NCBI RefSeq assembly: GCF_036321535.1
Contig: NC_087436.1
Span: forward strand, 23,128,001 to 23,192,000
Length of the DNA: 64,000 bases
Direction of reading: 5' to 3'
Origin: Camelus dromedarius
Taxonomy: Eukaryota
A program made the position numbers and the translations under genes. Under the pieces are notes generated by a model. It made no database searches and was not told where the DNA came from. It saw only the letters and a list, made by a program, of their open reading frames with translations. The stretch's first letter is position 1, and every line of letters starts with the position of its first letter. Below are positions 38,241 through 51,960 of this stretch, piece by piece.

Positions 38241-41084
38241 ACTGCATTTGGAAAGAAAGAAGGATAAAAAGCGAAACAAAGAAAAAAGAAGAGAGGAAGG
38301 TGAAACTGGAGCGCACCCTTTGGAAAGCTAAAGGAAACGGAGGCAAAGTCAGTCTCAGTCTTAGAAATGCAATCTTGAGTGTGGATATGAAGGGAAAGGC
38401 AGAGCCAGGCTGCTCCTTCTCCAGTGTTACGGTGTCGTTGGCCAGTGGCTGTCATAGGTTACAGTTACCTGACTCTGTGCCAGGGAGGAAGTCTGAAAAC
38501 TGTCTCTGGAGTTTCCTAAGAAAGGTCTCCAAACTTTCCCCATATCCAGCCTTCTAGTTAAGCTGTCTTTGGACCATGAGATAGAGCCATTCCAAGTTAA
38601 ACAGTTGAGAGGGCGCTGATGGAGGACCAGGGAAGGAAGAGGTCTGTTTTGATGGATATTCCACAAGGAAAACCAGTATCCGTGTTTAGCAGGCGGGGAG
38701 TCAATCTCCAACATATTGGAGAAACGATATCAATTTTCACTAATGTAATTTGTGTCAGAGATCGTATTTTCTTTCTTCAGTACCTGCTTCTTTTCTCTTT
38801 GTGGATGTAAAAATGTTACTGAGTTTTTTTAATAGGATCTTTGTAATAGTTTGGCTCCCTGAACTACTTTTTTCTTTTAAAGATACTTAGGCTGGTGGGG
38901 GTTCAGATCTTGGAACAACATGAAATTATATATGAGATTTATGGAATTCATTAGGAGTTCATATTTTTCTGGAGCTGAGGCTCCACCACGTCTGTCGGCT
39001 CCTTAGGGTGGATTAGGAGTCCAAAAATGAAGAGCCAGTCCTCTAAAGTCTTCCGTTTATCAGCTTTGAATTTTCTACCCAAGTGATTTTCAGAAATTTA
39101 ATGTTGTTGCTTGCAGCAGGATTATTACAATTTGTAAGTAGTCTTATAGCATTTCCAGGTAATTTTGTTAGCTTCCTAGCCAGTTAGAAATGTCCAGTTT
39201 GCTATATAGTGTTCAAACAATAGGAACATATCACTGCCCGAATGCAAGGATAAGTTAGTGCTTCTTTCTTTCTCTTACCCTGATACCCAGGTATGTGGCC
39301 CTTCAACTAGAGTTCTCAGTTCATTGTGGGGAAGGCCCTAGGAGGGTGTGTGTGTGTGAGTGTGTGAGTGGGGGAGGGGGCAGTGTCTAGATAAGCTAGT
39401 GGAAGGTCCCGCCTTGGGGCAAGATCTGGTGTTGCCCCAGCTGCTCTCTTCCCTGCACATACTCCCCAGGGGCAGCCCTCCCTGGGATGCTCTGTAATGC
39501 AGAGCACACAGTTCTGACAGCTAAATCCTGGGGTTCTCCCTCGTTAATTCTCCTAACCTACTGGTGACTAGAGAGAAGAATTGGTTTCAAATGCAGAACA
39601 GTGTGGTGGGCGTTACCCTTTTGCGCTCTAAAATTCAATTATGAGCCTAATTACGGTGTTGTTCTGATTGGATGGTGTGTGGCTAATCACTGCTGACCCC
39701 GAACTCCACAGCGCTTAGACAACTGTCAGAATGCTAATCCTGCAGACTCCCCTTCCTTCTCACTTCCTTCCTATTTCCTTCCCGTTCTCTCTTTTGCAAT
39801 GGAACGTCTCTAGTCTCTCAAATACGGCCCCACTTGAGTGTCTCTGTGAGCTTTAGGAAGAGGGAGCTACATTCCCTCTGACTTTAACCTGTTTATCCAA
39901 GCCCACTGTCCCCTTCCCCCTCATCCTCTCCTTGATAAAAGTCAGCATGCCTCTCTCCTGACGTAACTCCCATCTTCATGGCGAATTCCATGGAGTCCTC
40001 CTAAAGGCATCATGTAGTTTTGCTTTTGAACATTTATGGGGTGTTCTTTTCAGAGTCCTGCTAATCTTGTCCACATGATTCCAATTTTAGGGTGTGTTTG
40101 ACCAAGCAAGCACCCCGTGACTTTTTCCTAACTCAGATAACTTGGGTTGGCCCCTTGCTGGAAATATCAGTAATGAGTTGTGATCTGTCCCTCCTTTCTT
40201 AGCGCCCATAAAAACTTTGGCTAGCAGAGGACACCTCTTCTTCATTTTTTGTGGACGTTTCAGTTTGTCGTGGGGACAGTGTCTGATCACTTGAATGGTA
40301 CGGCTGTACCAGACTCTCGCGTGTGTGCTTGTAATGGCCACTTGCAGATTTCTGTTTCTCTTGTGCTGATAGCCCACTTTTTAAAACACAAGACTTCATA
40401 AAATTTCAAAGGTGAATACTTTTTTTGCTTGCTCTTACTCACCAACTACATCTTTGTCTTGCAGGATCTATAATATCCACACAGAATGGGAGAGAGTATT
40501 TTCAAAAAGCTTAGTAAATGAGGATAATCATCTTTAAAAGGGCCTTGGAAATGTCCTTCCAATAGAATGTGAATGTCAAAGAGGGTATCTGCTCCTATTT
40601 GAGGTAGTTTATGGCAAATAGAAAGAATTTGATAAGAAATTCTGTATTTATCTTTCACTATAAATTATAGGTGGGGTGAAGGAGTTTAAACATTTCTGGT
40701 GGTTGCTAACTTACAGGACTTTCTGGAACGGAAGGAGACCCATCAGCGCCATGGTTTTTAACTTCTCTGACACTGTGTTTCAACTGAAAATGGGGATGGT
40801 TCCCTCTACCCACCTTACATGTTTATCGTGAGGGCCAAATGAGACACTGAAAGTCCTTTGAAAGCCAAAAGTGTCAAGTTTAATATGGTATTAAGACTAT
40901 GTGTTCCAAATGAAGTCTTCTCCTGCCCAAGTAGCCTCCATCTACCTAGTGTACCTGGGAACAACCTATTGACGGTATCAGAAGTCTACTGGGCAGCCAT
41001 CAGCTTGGTGGTAGCGCCTACCAAGTGAAAATGGGGCATAATAAAACAGCCTTGCCCGCAAGGAATAGATGTTCACTAGAAAAC

Positions 41085-41190
41085 AGGAAGGGAAAAATGA
41101 GAAGAAGAAAAGGAAGGAAACGGGGAGGGAGGATGGGGGAGGAAAGAAGAAAAGGAAAGAGAAGAGAAGAGAAAGGAGAAGAAAAGAAAA
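41085..41190 (+). repeat. Purine-rich (GA/GGA/AAG) low-complexity tract
   Basis: About 100 nt almost exclusively A/G. Confidence 0.85.
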
Positions 41191-43569
41191 CCGTTTTGTT
41201 ACTGTAACTGGGGTGATGAATGGTCGGGTTGTTTGGTTTTTAAGTCTACATGACACTGACTATTCCTTATTACTTTGGAAGTAATATAATGCATTGTTTT
41301 TACATCAACTGCAGAGTTAGAAAGAAGCATAGGCATTTCCACATACCTTGAGATTCCATGTACCTTTAGATTTGAAGTACCATTTACTGTTTAATTATGG
41401 AACAATCCAAGCAGGAAACAGAGCGCCTGCTCACCTGTCTCGGGAGGCCTTTTGCCCAGGTAGCCTGGGAAGAATCTGACTTTATGGAAATGAGTGTGTA
41501 AACACACGTAATAAGAATTTAATGTTGTTTAGTTTAAAGTTGTAAGGTTGTTTGCCTAAATTAACAAGGAAAACGAAGACCCAGGCATTAAGAAGTATCA
41601 GATTTACAGTTCCCCAAGCCCCCTGAAGGATCTAGAAAGCCTCTCTCAGAAAGAAATTTCTCTGGAAAGACTTCTCTTGTTTTCCTGGGCAAGTCTGGTC
41701 CTGACATTAGCTAAATAAAGGACGGCTTAGTGTCGGGATATTTAATAACTCCTGGCATTTAGAACTCAAATAATTATTTTTGAAGGGGCATGAGGAAGGA
41801 GGGAGTGTTGGGAAGAGGGCTATTGCCTCTCTTGTAAAGGTCAGTTTTTTTAAAAAATATTAAACATTTATGAATATTCTTTATTGTACAAATATCTTCT
41901 CCCAAATATTTTGAAACATGTAGCCCTCTCAGTCTATCTTTTATTTTTCCAGCTTTGATGGAGATGTAGTTTATAGTTATAGAGATACATTTCATTCCTA
42001 TGAACAATGATTGTAGTTTTATAAGAGTACGAGGTGATACATGGAAGCTAGCTCCAGTGTCAGCAGGGCAGTAGGGAGTGGTGAGGACCAGGGCAAACTG
42101 GGGAGTCCATGCTCTATCGAAATACCTAGTCACAGGCTAATATTTACACTGGCTGTTGTATTGTATAGTGTCACCATGATGCATATTATTATAATTTGTA
42201 AATATATGTTGTCAGTTGAATTGTATCAAATGTTTGTTCCCTGATATTCATTTAGTGTCTTTAAAATTAGCTACATAGGTTATGGATTTAAATAATCACA
42301 CTCTCCACAGAATACCTGGTTTTCTGGTAACAGGTAGGGGACTCTGGGGCCTGGTGGAGTGTTGTGTCCTGTGGTGTAAACAGATCTGGGAAGACTTGAG
42401 TTCTATGTTGAAACCAGTAATAACTGGCAGTGGCGTGACCTGAACAAGACCAAGTATCATTTTAGTTCATTAAATAAGCACTTAATGATATGAGAACAGG
42501 GCAGTGTTTTCTTTAGGATTTGGAGAACATGGGTGAATAAACAATAACAATGTCCTCACTGGGAAAGGTGTTCCAGTCTCCCCAAAAGTCTCCCTGTACT
42601 TGTGTTTGAGACATCTAACGTTAATATCTAGCTATTAAAGCAGAGTGTGGTTGCAATTTGAATATATTTGCAACTGTACAAAGGTTTCTGTTAGTGTTTG
42701 ATTTTCTTTCCAAATAAGACCTATGACAGGTGTCTGACAGGGGTGAGCAGCGGTCTGTGGAGACTTGCTGTCCTGGAAGTCAGCCAGAGAAGAGGAAGGA
42801 TAATTTACCCCCTCTTATCCAGGTACTTTTAAGCAAACTGAGCAGAAACAGCTCAGTCATGGAATAGCTAAATTGTGCCAAACAGGCAAATTCTGTTTCC
42901 CGGCCTCAGTCTCCTCATCTGTAAAAGGGGGATGAAAGTAGTGCCTTTCTGTTGGAGTTGTTTGCATGTGTAGAGGGAGAGTGTTGAGAGCAGCCCTTGG
43001 AACCTGGCAAGAGCGCAGTATGTCGTGGTGATGACGGGGAGTTACAGAGTGAGGAGGGAAGCAGGGTCCTGTTCGACCTCTGGTGTTCAGCCCCATTCAT
43101 GTCAGAGGATGGTTTCTATGATCTGGAAGAAGTGGAAGCCCAAAGTAGCCCTGCTTCTTACTGGATTCAGCCTTGAGGCCTGGTGCACCAGTTAAGAAAC
43201 ATTCTCACTTCACAGGGTGTGGAAAGAGAAGAGAATTTGGAATAAGGAGGCCTGGCTTTGAGTCACAATTCTACTAACTTCACTTTCTCACGTTGGTCTA
43301 AGGCTCGCCAAGACCGAACGAGCGGTGAATCGAGTGTGCTGAAGTGTCCCCCCCCCCCCCCCCCGATGCTTACTTCACTTTTATAACGGGATCGCGTGGG
43401 TGTTCCTTAGACCAGGTTTTCCTTCCACGAGACAGGCACCAGCTTGCAAACCATTCACTCTTTTGTGACTCAGTCATTTTGGTGGTTTCAATGACTTTTT
43501 AAGAAATGAGTTAGTCAGAAGAAAATTTCTGGATTTTGGCAGTGAGATGCCTCATAATAATTAGTGACC

Positions 43570-43800
43570 CTAATAATAATAATGCCTAACACCAGTTGAG
43601 TGCTTGCCTGCCTACCGAGAGTTCGGCACTCTCCTCTGATCATCAGAACAACCCCAGTAAGTAGCACTTAACATTATCCCTGTTAGTAGAGGAAGGATCT
43701 GAGCCTCAGGCCCCTCAGCCAGTAAGTGCTCAAGCTGATGGTGTGTGAGCCCAGGGCAGTCTGCCTCGAGTCCACCTGCTTCAACTCTGCAGTCAACTAC
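43570..43800 (-). mobile_element. MIR SINE
   Basis: taataataat...tgagtgcttg...aacaacccc..attatccctg...tgagcccagggcagtctgcctc. Confidence 0.65.
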
Positions 43801-45430
43801 CGTTTCCCCCTTGCATTCATTTCTGAGACCTTCAAAGCTAGTCTAAATGGCCCCATGGTCTCAGTAAGAATGTGGCTGACCATCTTTGGATAAAGGACAG
43901 GCATTGGTCACATTTAACTTGAAACTCACTTAGGATAGACAAGTACTGCCTGGTTGATGGCTTAGACCAGCGGCTCAGCGCGTCTTCAGGGTGGTCAGGG
44001 GTCATTCCAGCAGTGTTCTCCATTTGTGGGTGGAGAGCACCCATAGTTCATGCACTCCCCGTGAGACTCAGCTCCTCACCATTGTGTGTCGGTGACTTTG
44101 GGGTGCAGGCAGACGCGTGTCCTGTTTCTTGTTGCTGTCTCAGTACCATCAGATCCATTCTTTGTCAGGGTATCTGACATCTGATTTCCCAGCAGCTAAA
44201 GGGGAGGGCTTTTGCCTGGCCAGGTGCCCTTGGTCTCAGAGAGGCCAGCTGGCACACACCAGGCTGTGGGAGAGGTGTTAATTGTCAAAGGGGTCTGATG
44301 AGCTACATGGTGGACCCTGGCAGGCTTACCAATCATACCCAGGACTGAACTCTCTGACAAAGAGTTTTAGTGCCTTGAGTCAGAGTGGGCGTCAAGGGTG
44401 AAACTGAAGTTATGGGAGGAGACCAAGTGGGTGAAGGATTTTGCTACCTAACTAGGAGTCTTTCTGGGGGAAGACATAGTCCCTACCACTCATAACTGAA
44501 GTTATCATCTCCCTGGTGCCTTCACTGGGTTCTTGGCTGTTGTGATGGACAAGTTGAGCTTTGGGAATGTGGTTAAACACAATCTCATTTTCCCATCATT
44601 CGAATCCTCTAGCATTGGTACAATCTCATTAAAACTGAGGGGATTTGTTCAAACCATGCGTATCTCTAACACCTTAGGAAAAACACATTAGCTGATACAC
44701 ATCTTTACCCTCATTACTTTTACGAGAGCTTCACGCTCTGAAACCCAGTGAGGTGGCTTCACTGCATTGTCACATGAAACCTGAAATGTCGACTTGAGAG
44801 AGAGGGTAACCAGTTGATGGCAGTTCTGTAGCTATGAGGGAATGAGGACTGTGTGACACAGAGGACATCCGAAAAGGAGGAAGAGTGAGAATCAAGGATA
44901 CAGAGGGGAACAGAGCAATACCAGGACCCCAGAATGGCAGTACTGCCATCTGTTTGAAGTACATATGCCTGCGTTCTCATCAGAGGAGGCAGATTCCACC
45001 TTTCCCACAGTGGCCGATTTAAATTAATTGGAATTTTTAACAGCAGCATTATTTCTTACCATTTTAAGTAAAAACAAATTAAAAAGTCTTCATGTGACTC
45101 AGAAACTGCTTGAACTTGAGAGAAATGTTTCCTCTTTCCCTTTCGTTGGGTTGTGGCCAACATTCCTGGCAACATGGAACCTGGTATCAAAAGAATGTGC
45201 CTGAAATATTTAGCTACTGACCTTTATAATCACGAATCACAATGCATGGGAAGGTGTTTACCACACCACAGTTTTTACTAACTGAAGTCCTGTACTGTCT
45301 ACTTGTTTTAGCTTTAGCTTTGGTGACAGGCCAACTATTAGAATGACTCCCTACACTGCACTTACAAATGCTTTATAAATAAATACTCAAGAGAACTCTA
45401 CTCCAGTTTCCTGGTAGACTGTGGTTTTTA

Positions 45431-45569
45431 TTAATTTTTAAAAACTTTTTTAGTGGGGGTGGAAGGTAATTAGGTTTATTTATCTTTAATGGAGGTACTG
45501 GGGATTGAACACAGGACCTCGTACTTGCTAATAAGCATGTGCTCTACTGCTGAGCTACATCCTCCCCCT
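45431..45569 (-). mobile_element. tRNA-derived SINE (camelid Vic-1-like) with 14-bp TSD
   Basis: Minus strand GGGGGAGGATGTAGCTCAGCAGTAGAGCACATGC...GAGGTCCTGTGTTCAATCCCCAGTACCTCC with A/B boxes and A-rich tail; perfect TSD GACTGTGGTTTTTA at 45417-45430 and 45570-45583. Confidence 0.9.
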
Positions 45570-47149
45570 GACTGTGGTTTTTAAAGAAGTTTATATATGG
45601 AGAACAATTTTAATTCAAAAAGGGTACCACTGCTTCTGTTGGTGATCAGAGGGGCACTAGAGATGTGAAAAAGAGGCCGCCTGGTGGTTCAGGTGCATGC
45701 GGTAGTTAAATGAGCTTGCTTTTAAAACTTTTTAAAATTTTTTTTGCCTTTTCCCTAGTTTTACTCTCTGGCTAATTCATCACTTATTTTTATTCATTTA
45801 TTCATCCATTCACTCACTCCCTCATTCATCCATCGGACAGATATTAGGCGCTTACCACGTTAGGCACTTAAGATGCAAAAGTATATGACATCATCCCTAT
45901 GCCTGGGAGACTGGATTCAGCAAGAATCTGTACAGATGTCTAGTACTGAAATTAGTTTCTTGGGTTTTGTCAAGACTTAATGCGAGAGGCTTTGAAACGC
46001 AGGTTGGAATGCGTGTGCCCTCTATGGGGAATTGATATTTGTGCTAAATGGGAATTATGTCATCACTCAGGTGATCTACACTCTCATCCCTCTCATCGCT
46101 AGGCTGTAGGTGGTTTGAGACTCTTGCCCCAGACTGGAGTTTGATAGCCTGCAAATGGGCACAGGAATGGGGCTGAGCTGCGCAGTGACACAAAGAAAGA
46201 ATCGGAGGTGAAGGCAGACTCAGGGGCCAAAGAGTCTGACCTCTCAGAGGCTTGAACATCAATTCCAAGGCAAAGAGTCTTCAACTGGGGCCGTGAATAG
46301 ACGCACTGCCCCTTTAATGTATTAACTAATTACAGCTGTTTTTTTGCAGCTAATTTTATAGCTAATTTTGCAGCTGTGAACTGCGGGAGGTCTGTGCACA
46401 TTGTCAGCCTGAGTTCTCACCATAATTTTAAAGTTTGATATTTTCATTTTTATCATGTTAGTAATGAACAATACGAATCAAAGTCAGTACATGTTATTCT
46501 GGGTTATTGTTATGACCACCTTATGATGGACACGCTCAAGTTAGCGCTTGGATTTATGATTGTGATGGCTCCAGATCAATTGTTTTTGAGCCATTGGAAA
46601 AATGGCCAGCTTGAATAGTACACAGTGCATTTGACCAGAAGAGAGTCAGATGATTTCTCAACACACGATACAAAGGTTTCCTGAATTTGAATAGAGGAAA
46701 ATGGCGGCAGAGTCACCACATTGCTTAACAGAAGGTGACACAGTGAGCCCAGAGAGCCTGTACAGAATTCCTCATCTAAGTTAGTTTCAGCAAAACAACC
46801 TCATCTTTCACCATAAGTTAATGTGGTTATTTCAGACTTCTGTTGGTTGTATAATTTTGCTGTGGTTGATTTGTGAGCATATTTTGGTTTTGTAACTATA
46901 AGTGAGCTTTGAGCATGAGAAGTTTATAATTGGCTTTATGTGCGTGAGTATTTAAATCACACCATTTGAAGGAAATGGTAGTACTGAGGAGGATTGTGAG
47001 AATGATTCTGCCTTTAAGGTCTTCACATTTGGGAAACTTTTGAGAAGAGATTGCAAATGATAACCCTTAGCGGCTCTCCCTCAAGCGTCTCCTAATTCTT
47101 GAGGTTGATGGTTTGTTAATGTGCTGAGCAAAAGATGCTTTTGACACAG

Positions 47150-49020
47150 TCACAGAGATACTTTTTACAATTTAAACAAATTTTGAGTAATAATATATTC
47201 ATATGGTTCAAAAATCCAAAGATATTAAAATGTATACAGTGGAAAACATCTCAGTCCTGTTCCTCTTGTAACCACTATATCCATTTTTTGTGTATCTTCC
47301 CCAGATCCTTTTCGCACATTCAAACAAATACAAAATAGAGCCTCATCCCACCCTCCCCTCAGCCCTTTGTACAGAAAGCTTGTCCTGCACCACCACACTT
47401 TCTTTTCTCTTTTTTTTTTTATTGAAGTACCATCAGTTATGGTGTGTCAATTTCTAGTGTACAGCACAATGTCCCAGTCATGCATATACATACATGTATT
47501 TGTCACACTCTTTCAGTGAACATCTATTTTCCTACAGCGAGACATAGAAGGTCGCCATTCTTTTTTCTTTTGTATGGCTGCCTCTTATTCCATGATATGT
47601 CAGTGCCATCATTTATTTAACCACTTCCCTATTAATAGATACTTATGTTATTTTCAAATGTTTAATATAAAATTAATGCTGCAATAAATAACCTTGTATA
47701 TGTCATTTAGCCAAGTGGAACATATCTAGCACAAATACCGAGAAGTGAAGTTGCCGGGCCACTGGATAAGTGCATTTGGAATTTTGGTAGACCTTGCCAA
47801 ATCACCCGCCCTCGAGGTTTTACCACGTTTCACTCCCACAAGCAATGTGTGAGGAATGCCTGTTTTTCCAGTCTTTTTTTTTTTCTTTTCATATTCTTTT
47901 TCATTATAAGTTATTGTAAAATATTGAATATAGTTCCCTGTGCTATACAGTAAAAACTTGCTATTTATTTTATATATAGTAGTTAGTATACACTTTTGTA
48001 TATATTTTATATATAGTAGTTAGTATCTGCAAATCTCAAACTCCCAATCTATCCCTTCCCACCCCTTTTCCTCCCTGGTAACCATAAGTTTGTTTTCTAT
48101 GTCTGTGAGTCTGTTTCTGTTTTGTAACTTCTGTTTTGCAACTAAGTTCACTTGTCTTTTTTTTTTTTTTAAGATTACACATATGAATGATATCATATGG
48201 AAATTTTCTTTCTCTTTCTGGCTTACTTCACTTAGAATGATGATCTTGGGTTCCGTCCATATTGCTGCAAATGGCATTATTTTATTCTTTTTTATGGTTG
48301 AGTAGTATTCCATTGTATAAACATACCACAACTTCTTTATCCAGTCATCTGTTGGTGGGCATTTAGGTTGTTTTCATGTCTTGGCTATTGTAAATAGTGC
48401 TGCTATGAGCACTGGGATATATGTATCTTTTTGAATTAGAGTTCCTTCCAGATATATGCCCAGGAGTGGGATTGCTGGATCATATGGTAAGTCTATTTTT
48501 AGTTTTTTGAGGACTCTCCATACTGTATCCCATAATGGCTACACCAAACTACATTCCTATCATATGTTTTCCAAGTCTCATGCAAGAAAATGTGTTATCA
48601 GACAGTTTGGATTCTTGCTACTTGGATCAGTGAAAATGGTACCTCAGTGTATTTCTAGTTTGCATTTCTCTTATTTGTGATGTTGAACATTTTTTCGTAT
48701 ATTTACAAGCTATTTCTATTTCCTCTTCCGTAAACGGTTATTGTTCTTTTCCTTTTTCTTATTGGGTGGCTGTTCTTTTTTTCACTAACATTTAAGAACT
48801 ATTTTATATGTTGGGGATGTGAGCCCTTTGTCTGTGATCTGAGTTGCATCTCCCCGTTCTTTCTCCCATTTTGTCTTTTGACTTAACACATAGTGTTTTT
48901 GCCGTGTAGAGTTTCGGGGGTTTTACGTAGAAGAATCTCTCTTTTTTTTTTTTAAATAATTTTTTTTGGATTGTGAGGCATAGTTAGAAAGCCTTCCTAC
49001 TCCCAGATTCAAAGAGAATT
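47150..49020 (-). mobile_element. Old antisense L1 (L1MC/ME-like) interrupted by younger L1 insertions
   Basis: Old L1 3' motifs (atttatttaaccacttccctatt, ttgccaaatcacc, cactcccacaagcaatgtg) resume after 48565; a short young L1 tail lies at ~47401-47503. Confidence 0.7.
47874..48564 (-). mobile_element. Younger 5'-truncated L1 nested in old L1
   Basis: Minus ORF 48020-48331 MWYVYTMEYYSTIKKNKIMPFAAIWTE..IILSEVSQKEK is the L1 ORF2 C-terminus; poly(T) at left; imperfect TSD tgtttttccagtct / tgttttccaagtct. Confidence 0.9.
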
Positions 49021-51739
49021 TTTTGGGGAAAAAAATCTTTCTAAAAGCTGACTCACCATCGCTGATGAGGTTGCTGTCCTGGGCTCTGTCATAGCCCCAT
49101 GACATAGGCACTCACTGTGGCTCATCTTGTGTCATTCTTGTTGATAGCGTAGCTTTAGAGACCTAAAGCTGGATGAGGGCATTTTCAGTTGCCTATGAAC
49201 CAGTAACAGACCAACTCTGTCCTTGTCCTGTATCCTGTCTCCTGTTCTTGGGCAATTTTTGAGAGGGTGGTAAGAGAGAAAAGTAGAGCAGAAATGGCCA
49301 GATGATCCTGGAACCTGTGCAGTGACCTTCCATTAATTGTGCCTGTTTGCGTTAATCAGGAGCATTTCACAAATATGCCATCAATTGTTATTTTTGTGGC
49401 TTTTGTTAACGTTACTCAGAAAGTGATGCTACTTGTATAGTTAAAAGGTAGCACTTTGTAATTATTAAACTTGACTTTTTTTGGAGCCCATACATTAATA
49501 TTTTCTGATTTCAGTGATTCCGAGAGCCTGTCTAGATTGGAAGGAAGCTATCAAAGACTGCAAAGTAATGACGTGAATCGGTTAGTTCGAGGCTGGTTCT
49601 GTTGATGCCTTCTCATGTCAAACCTTCAAAGAAGGTCGTGATGATTAAGTTGTGGTATCTGGACATCTTTTTCTTTATGCCTACCACTCAGGGTCTTGAG
49701 AAGAGAACCTGGGAGTTCACGGCATAGAAGGGGTAATTACTAGGAATTACTAGAGTTTGTAATTCAGGATGCCATTACCAGTCAGACGTAGTGTGGCCTT
49801 TCTCATTGGAAAGAACTCTAATGAGTAAGTACCATGATTTACATCGTATAGTGTAATTTGATAGTCTAAGAAAAATAAAAAGCTCACGCCCCTCCCTCCC
49901 AAAAGAACTTGAAAGAAATGAAGAAGAGGGGGGCAAGGAGGAAAGAGAAAGAGTGAAAGATGATGAGAGAGAACCCCAAAGATTCATTAGCCCTAATTCA
50001 GTGACCAGGGAGGAGAAATAACCAGAAGAATCCAATATTCTGGGAAGGAAGGAAGTGGGGCCAATCAGAGGCACACTTGGGAGGGGGGAGGATGATGACA
50101 TATCAGACAGAATGGTGATGGGTGCCTTTTCGAAGTAGAATGAAGACGAACAAACAAGTAAATAACTCCAGCATGGAGCAGAAAATAAGGGTTTGTTTTA
50201 ATAACAGTCAAAAAGTGGACAAAAGTATCACTTTTAAGAAATATTATTAAGAGGCCAGAGTCATAGTGGTATCTGTCATGTATTTTGTGCCAAACTGGTT
50301 ACTCTCCACTAAACCAAAGGTTTCTTAGGATTAACATAGGATTACCTTGACCCAGCCCCATACCAGACATGTGTTAAGTCACTGTGTAAATGTTTGCTGG
50401 ATGAATGAACGATTGAATGATAAATGAATTATCTATTGGAGGCACATTTAGGTCTCTAACCTCAGTTCACACTGAATAAAGGTATTTTTGGTCTTGGCTT
50501 TATTATGACAGTGATCTACCTGTTTGTAGAGCCAGATGGAGGGGTTAATGGAAAGGATTTCAACAACCACACTTGGGTGTAGTTTACATTGTCCCTGCTC
50601 CTTCTTTATTTCTGAGGTTTTTTTTCCCCCCCACTTATGGGAAATGAATGAGTGGAGATGCAGAATGATCAGCGATCAGTGGAACTTCTCAAATGACCAA
50701 ATAGCTTTTTTAGTCATGACATCTGTGGTTGGTCACTTTGACAAACAGTAATTGGTCCATATACCCAAGTGATACTATGTTCCCTTCTTTGATTTTATGT
50801 CATTCGGAGCTATTTTGATGGTTGAAGCTTGGCCTGAGTAAATCTCTCCTCCCCCAAAGATCCTCTCTACGCCTTTGAATTGGGCATCGCTTACTACTTT
50901 CATTGATTGAAAGATAGGCTGCAGGCCTTACAGGAAACCAGGACAGGGGTGGGATAAATCCTGGGTTGGAGATGGACAGGCCAGCCCTGGGAGAATGGAG
51001 TTAGCAACTGAGACCCACTGAGGCTAGATGTGCAGTCTGAGAAAGTGTCAGCGGAAGGCAGCTGGTTAAGACCTAGGCAGAGATGAGCAGGTGTTAGCAA
51101 GCAGGGAGATGATGTGCTCAGGGAATTGGAATGTTGGGCAGGTTACCAAGACAGACGTCAGCCACAGGAGAATCGTTCTAGACCCTGGGCCAGGATGATC
51201 TCGATATGAATAAGACGAGCAGGAAGGTGGCAGTTCATCAAATACTCTTTGCCACAACACAGAGCCTGTAAGCCAAGGGCCGGTATTTTATGTTCCTCCA
51301 CTCAGGGATTTAGGTGGTTGAAGGAGAGGAGGTGAAGGAATTCTTATGGACCCCTGCAGGCACCCTGGCTGGGGGCTACATCTGGGTCAGCAATAGGCTC
51401 ACCAGTGCTCTCAGCTGCCTCATGGTTTCTGAGGTGATGCCTGCTGTCAGTGTTTCATCCTGACTGGAAAGCATCTTTCTTTATGAAAATTTCTAACAGT
51501 TACACAAGTGGGGGTTAAAGAGAACACTGCCATTTTTATAGATTGTCAGTTTAAAAAATGGAAATGGGAAGGATGCTGTGGGATCTAATGTATGTAAGGG
51601 CTGAAATCAGATTGAATTTTCCGGGAGCTAGAAGAAGCCCTTATTATTACTCCTTTATTTGTACCACTTGCCTTTGAACAGCCTCAGCTCCCTTAAGGAG
51701 ATGATTACAGGAGCTGATACAGTGAAACTGGCACAGGCT

Positions 51740-51960
51740 TTGGTGCCCTATCCTGGGCCCGGTGATCAGGGCTGCCCCCTGTCCCAAAGTGGCTGTGTGC
51801 CGCCTGGGCAAGTGGCTTCACTTCCCTGAGCCCCAGATTTCTCATCCATCAAGTAGGGATAATAGTTGCATACATGTCATAGGATGTTGTGAGGATTGAA
51901 TTAAAAAACGCATGTAAAGTGATTAGGAGAGCAGCTGACATATGGCCTCTGCTGTTAGCA
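51740..51960 (+). mobile_element. MIR SINE
   Basis: ggctgtgtg..tgggcaagtggcttcacttccctgagcccc..tttctcatc...gttgtgaggatt...catgtaaag. Confidence 0.78.

Noticed and set aside
41025..41284. Lys/Arg/Glu-rich ORFs
   Set aside because: Translations of a purine-rich simple repeat.
45490..45569. tRNA-like sequence on the minus strand
   Set aside because: Has an A-rich tail, TSD and degenerate stems: a SINE, not a tRNA gene.
45675..45687. CTCF-like motif (CCACCAGGCGGCC on minus strand); similar one near 25331
   Set aside because: Mismatches at core positions; cannot be supported without PWM scoring or ChIP.
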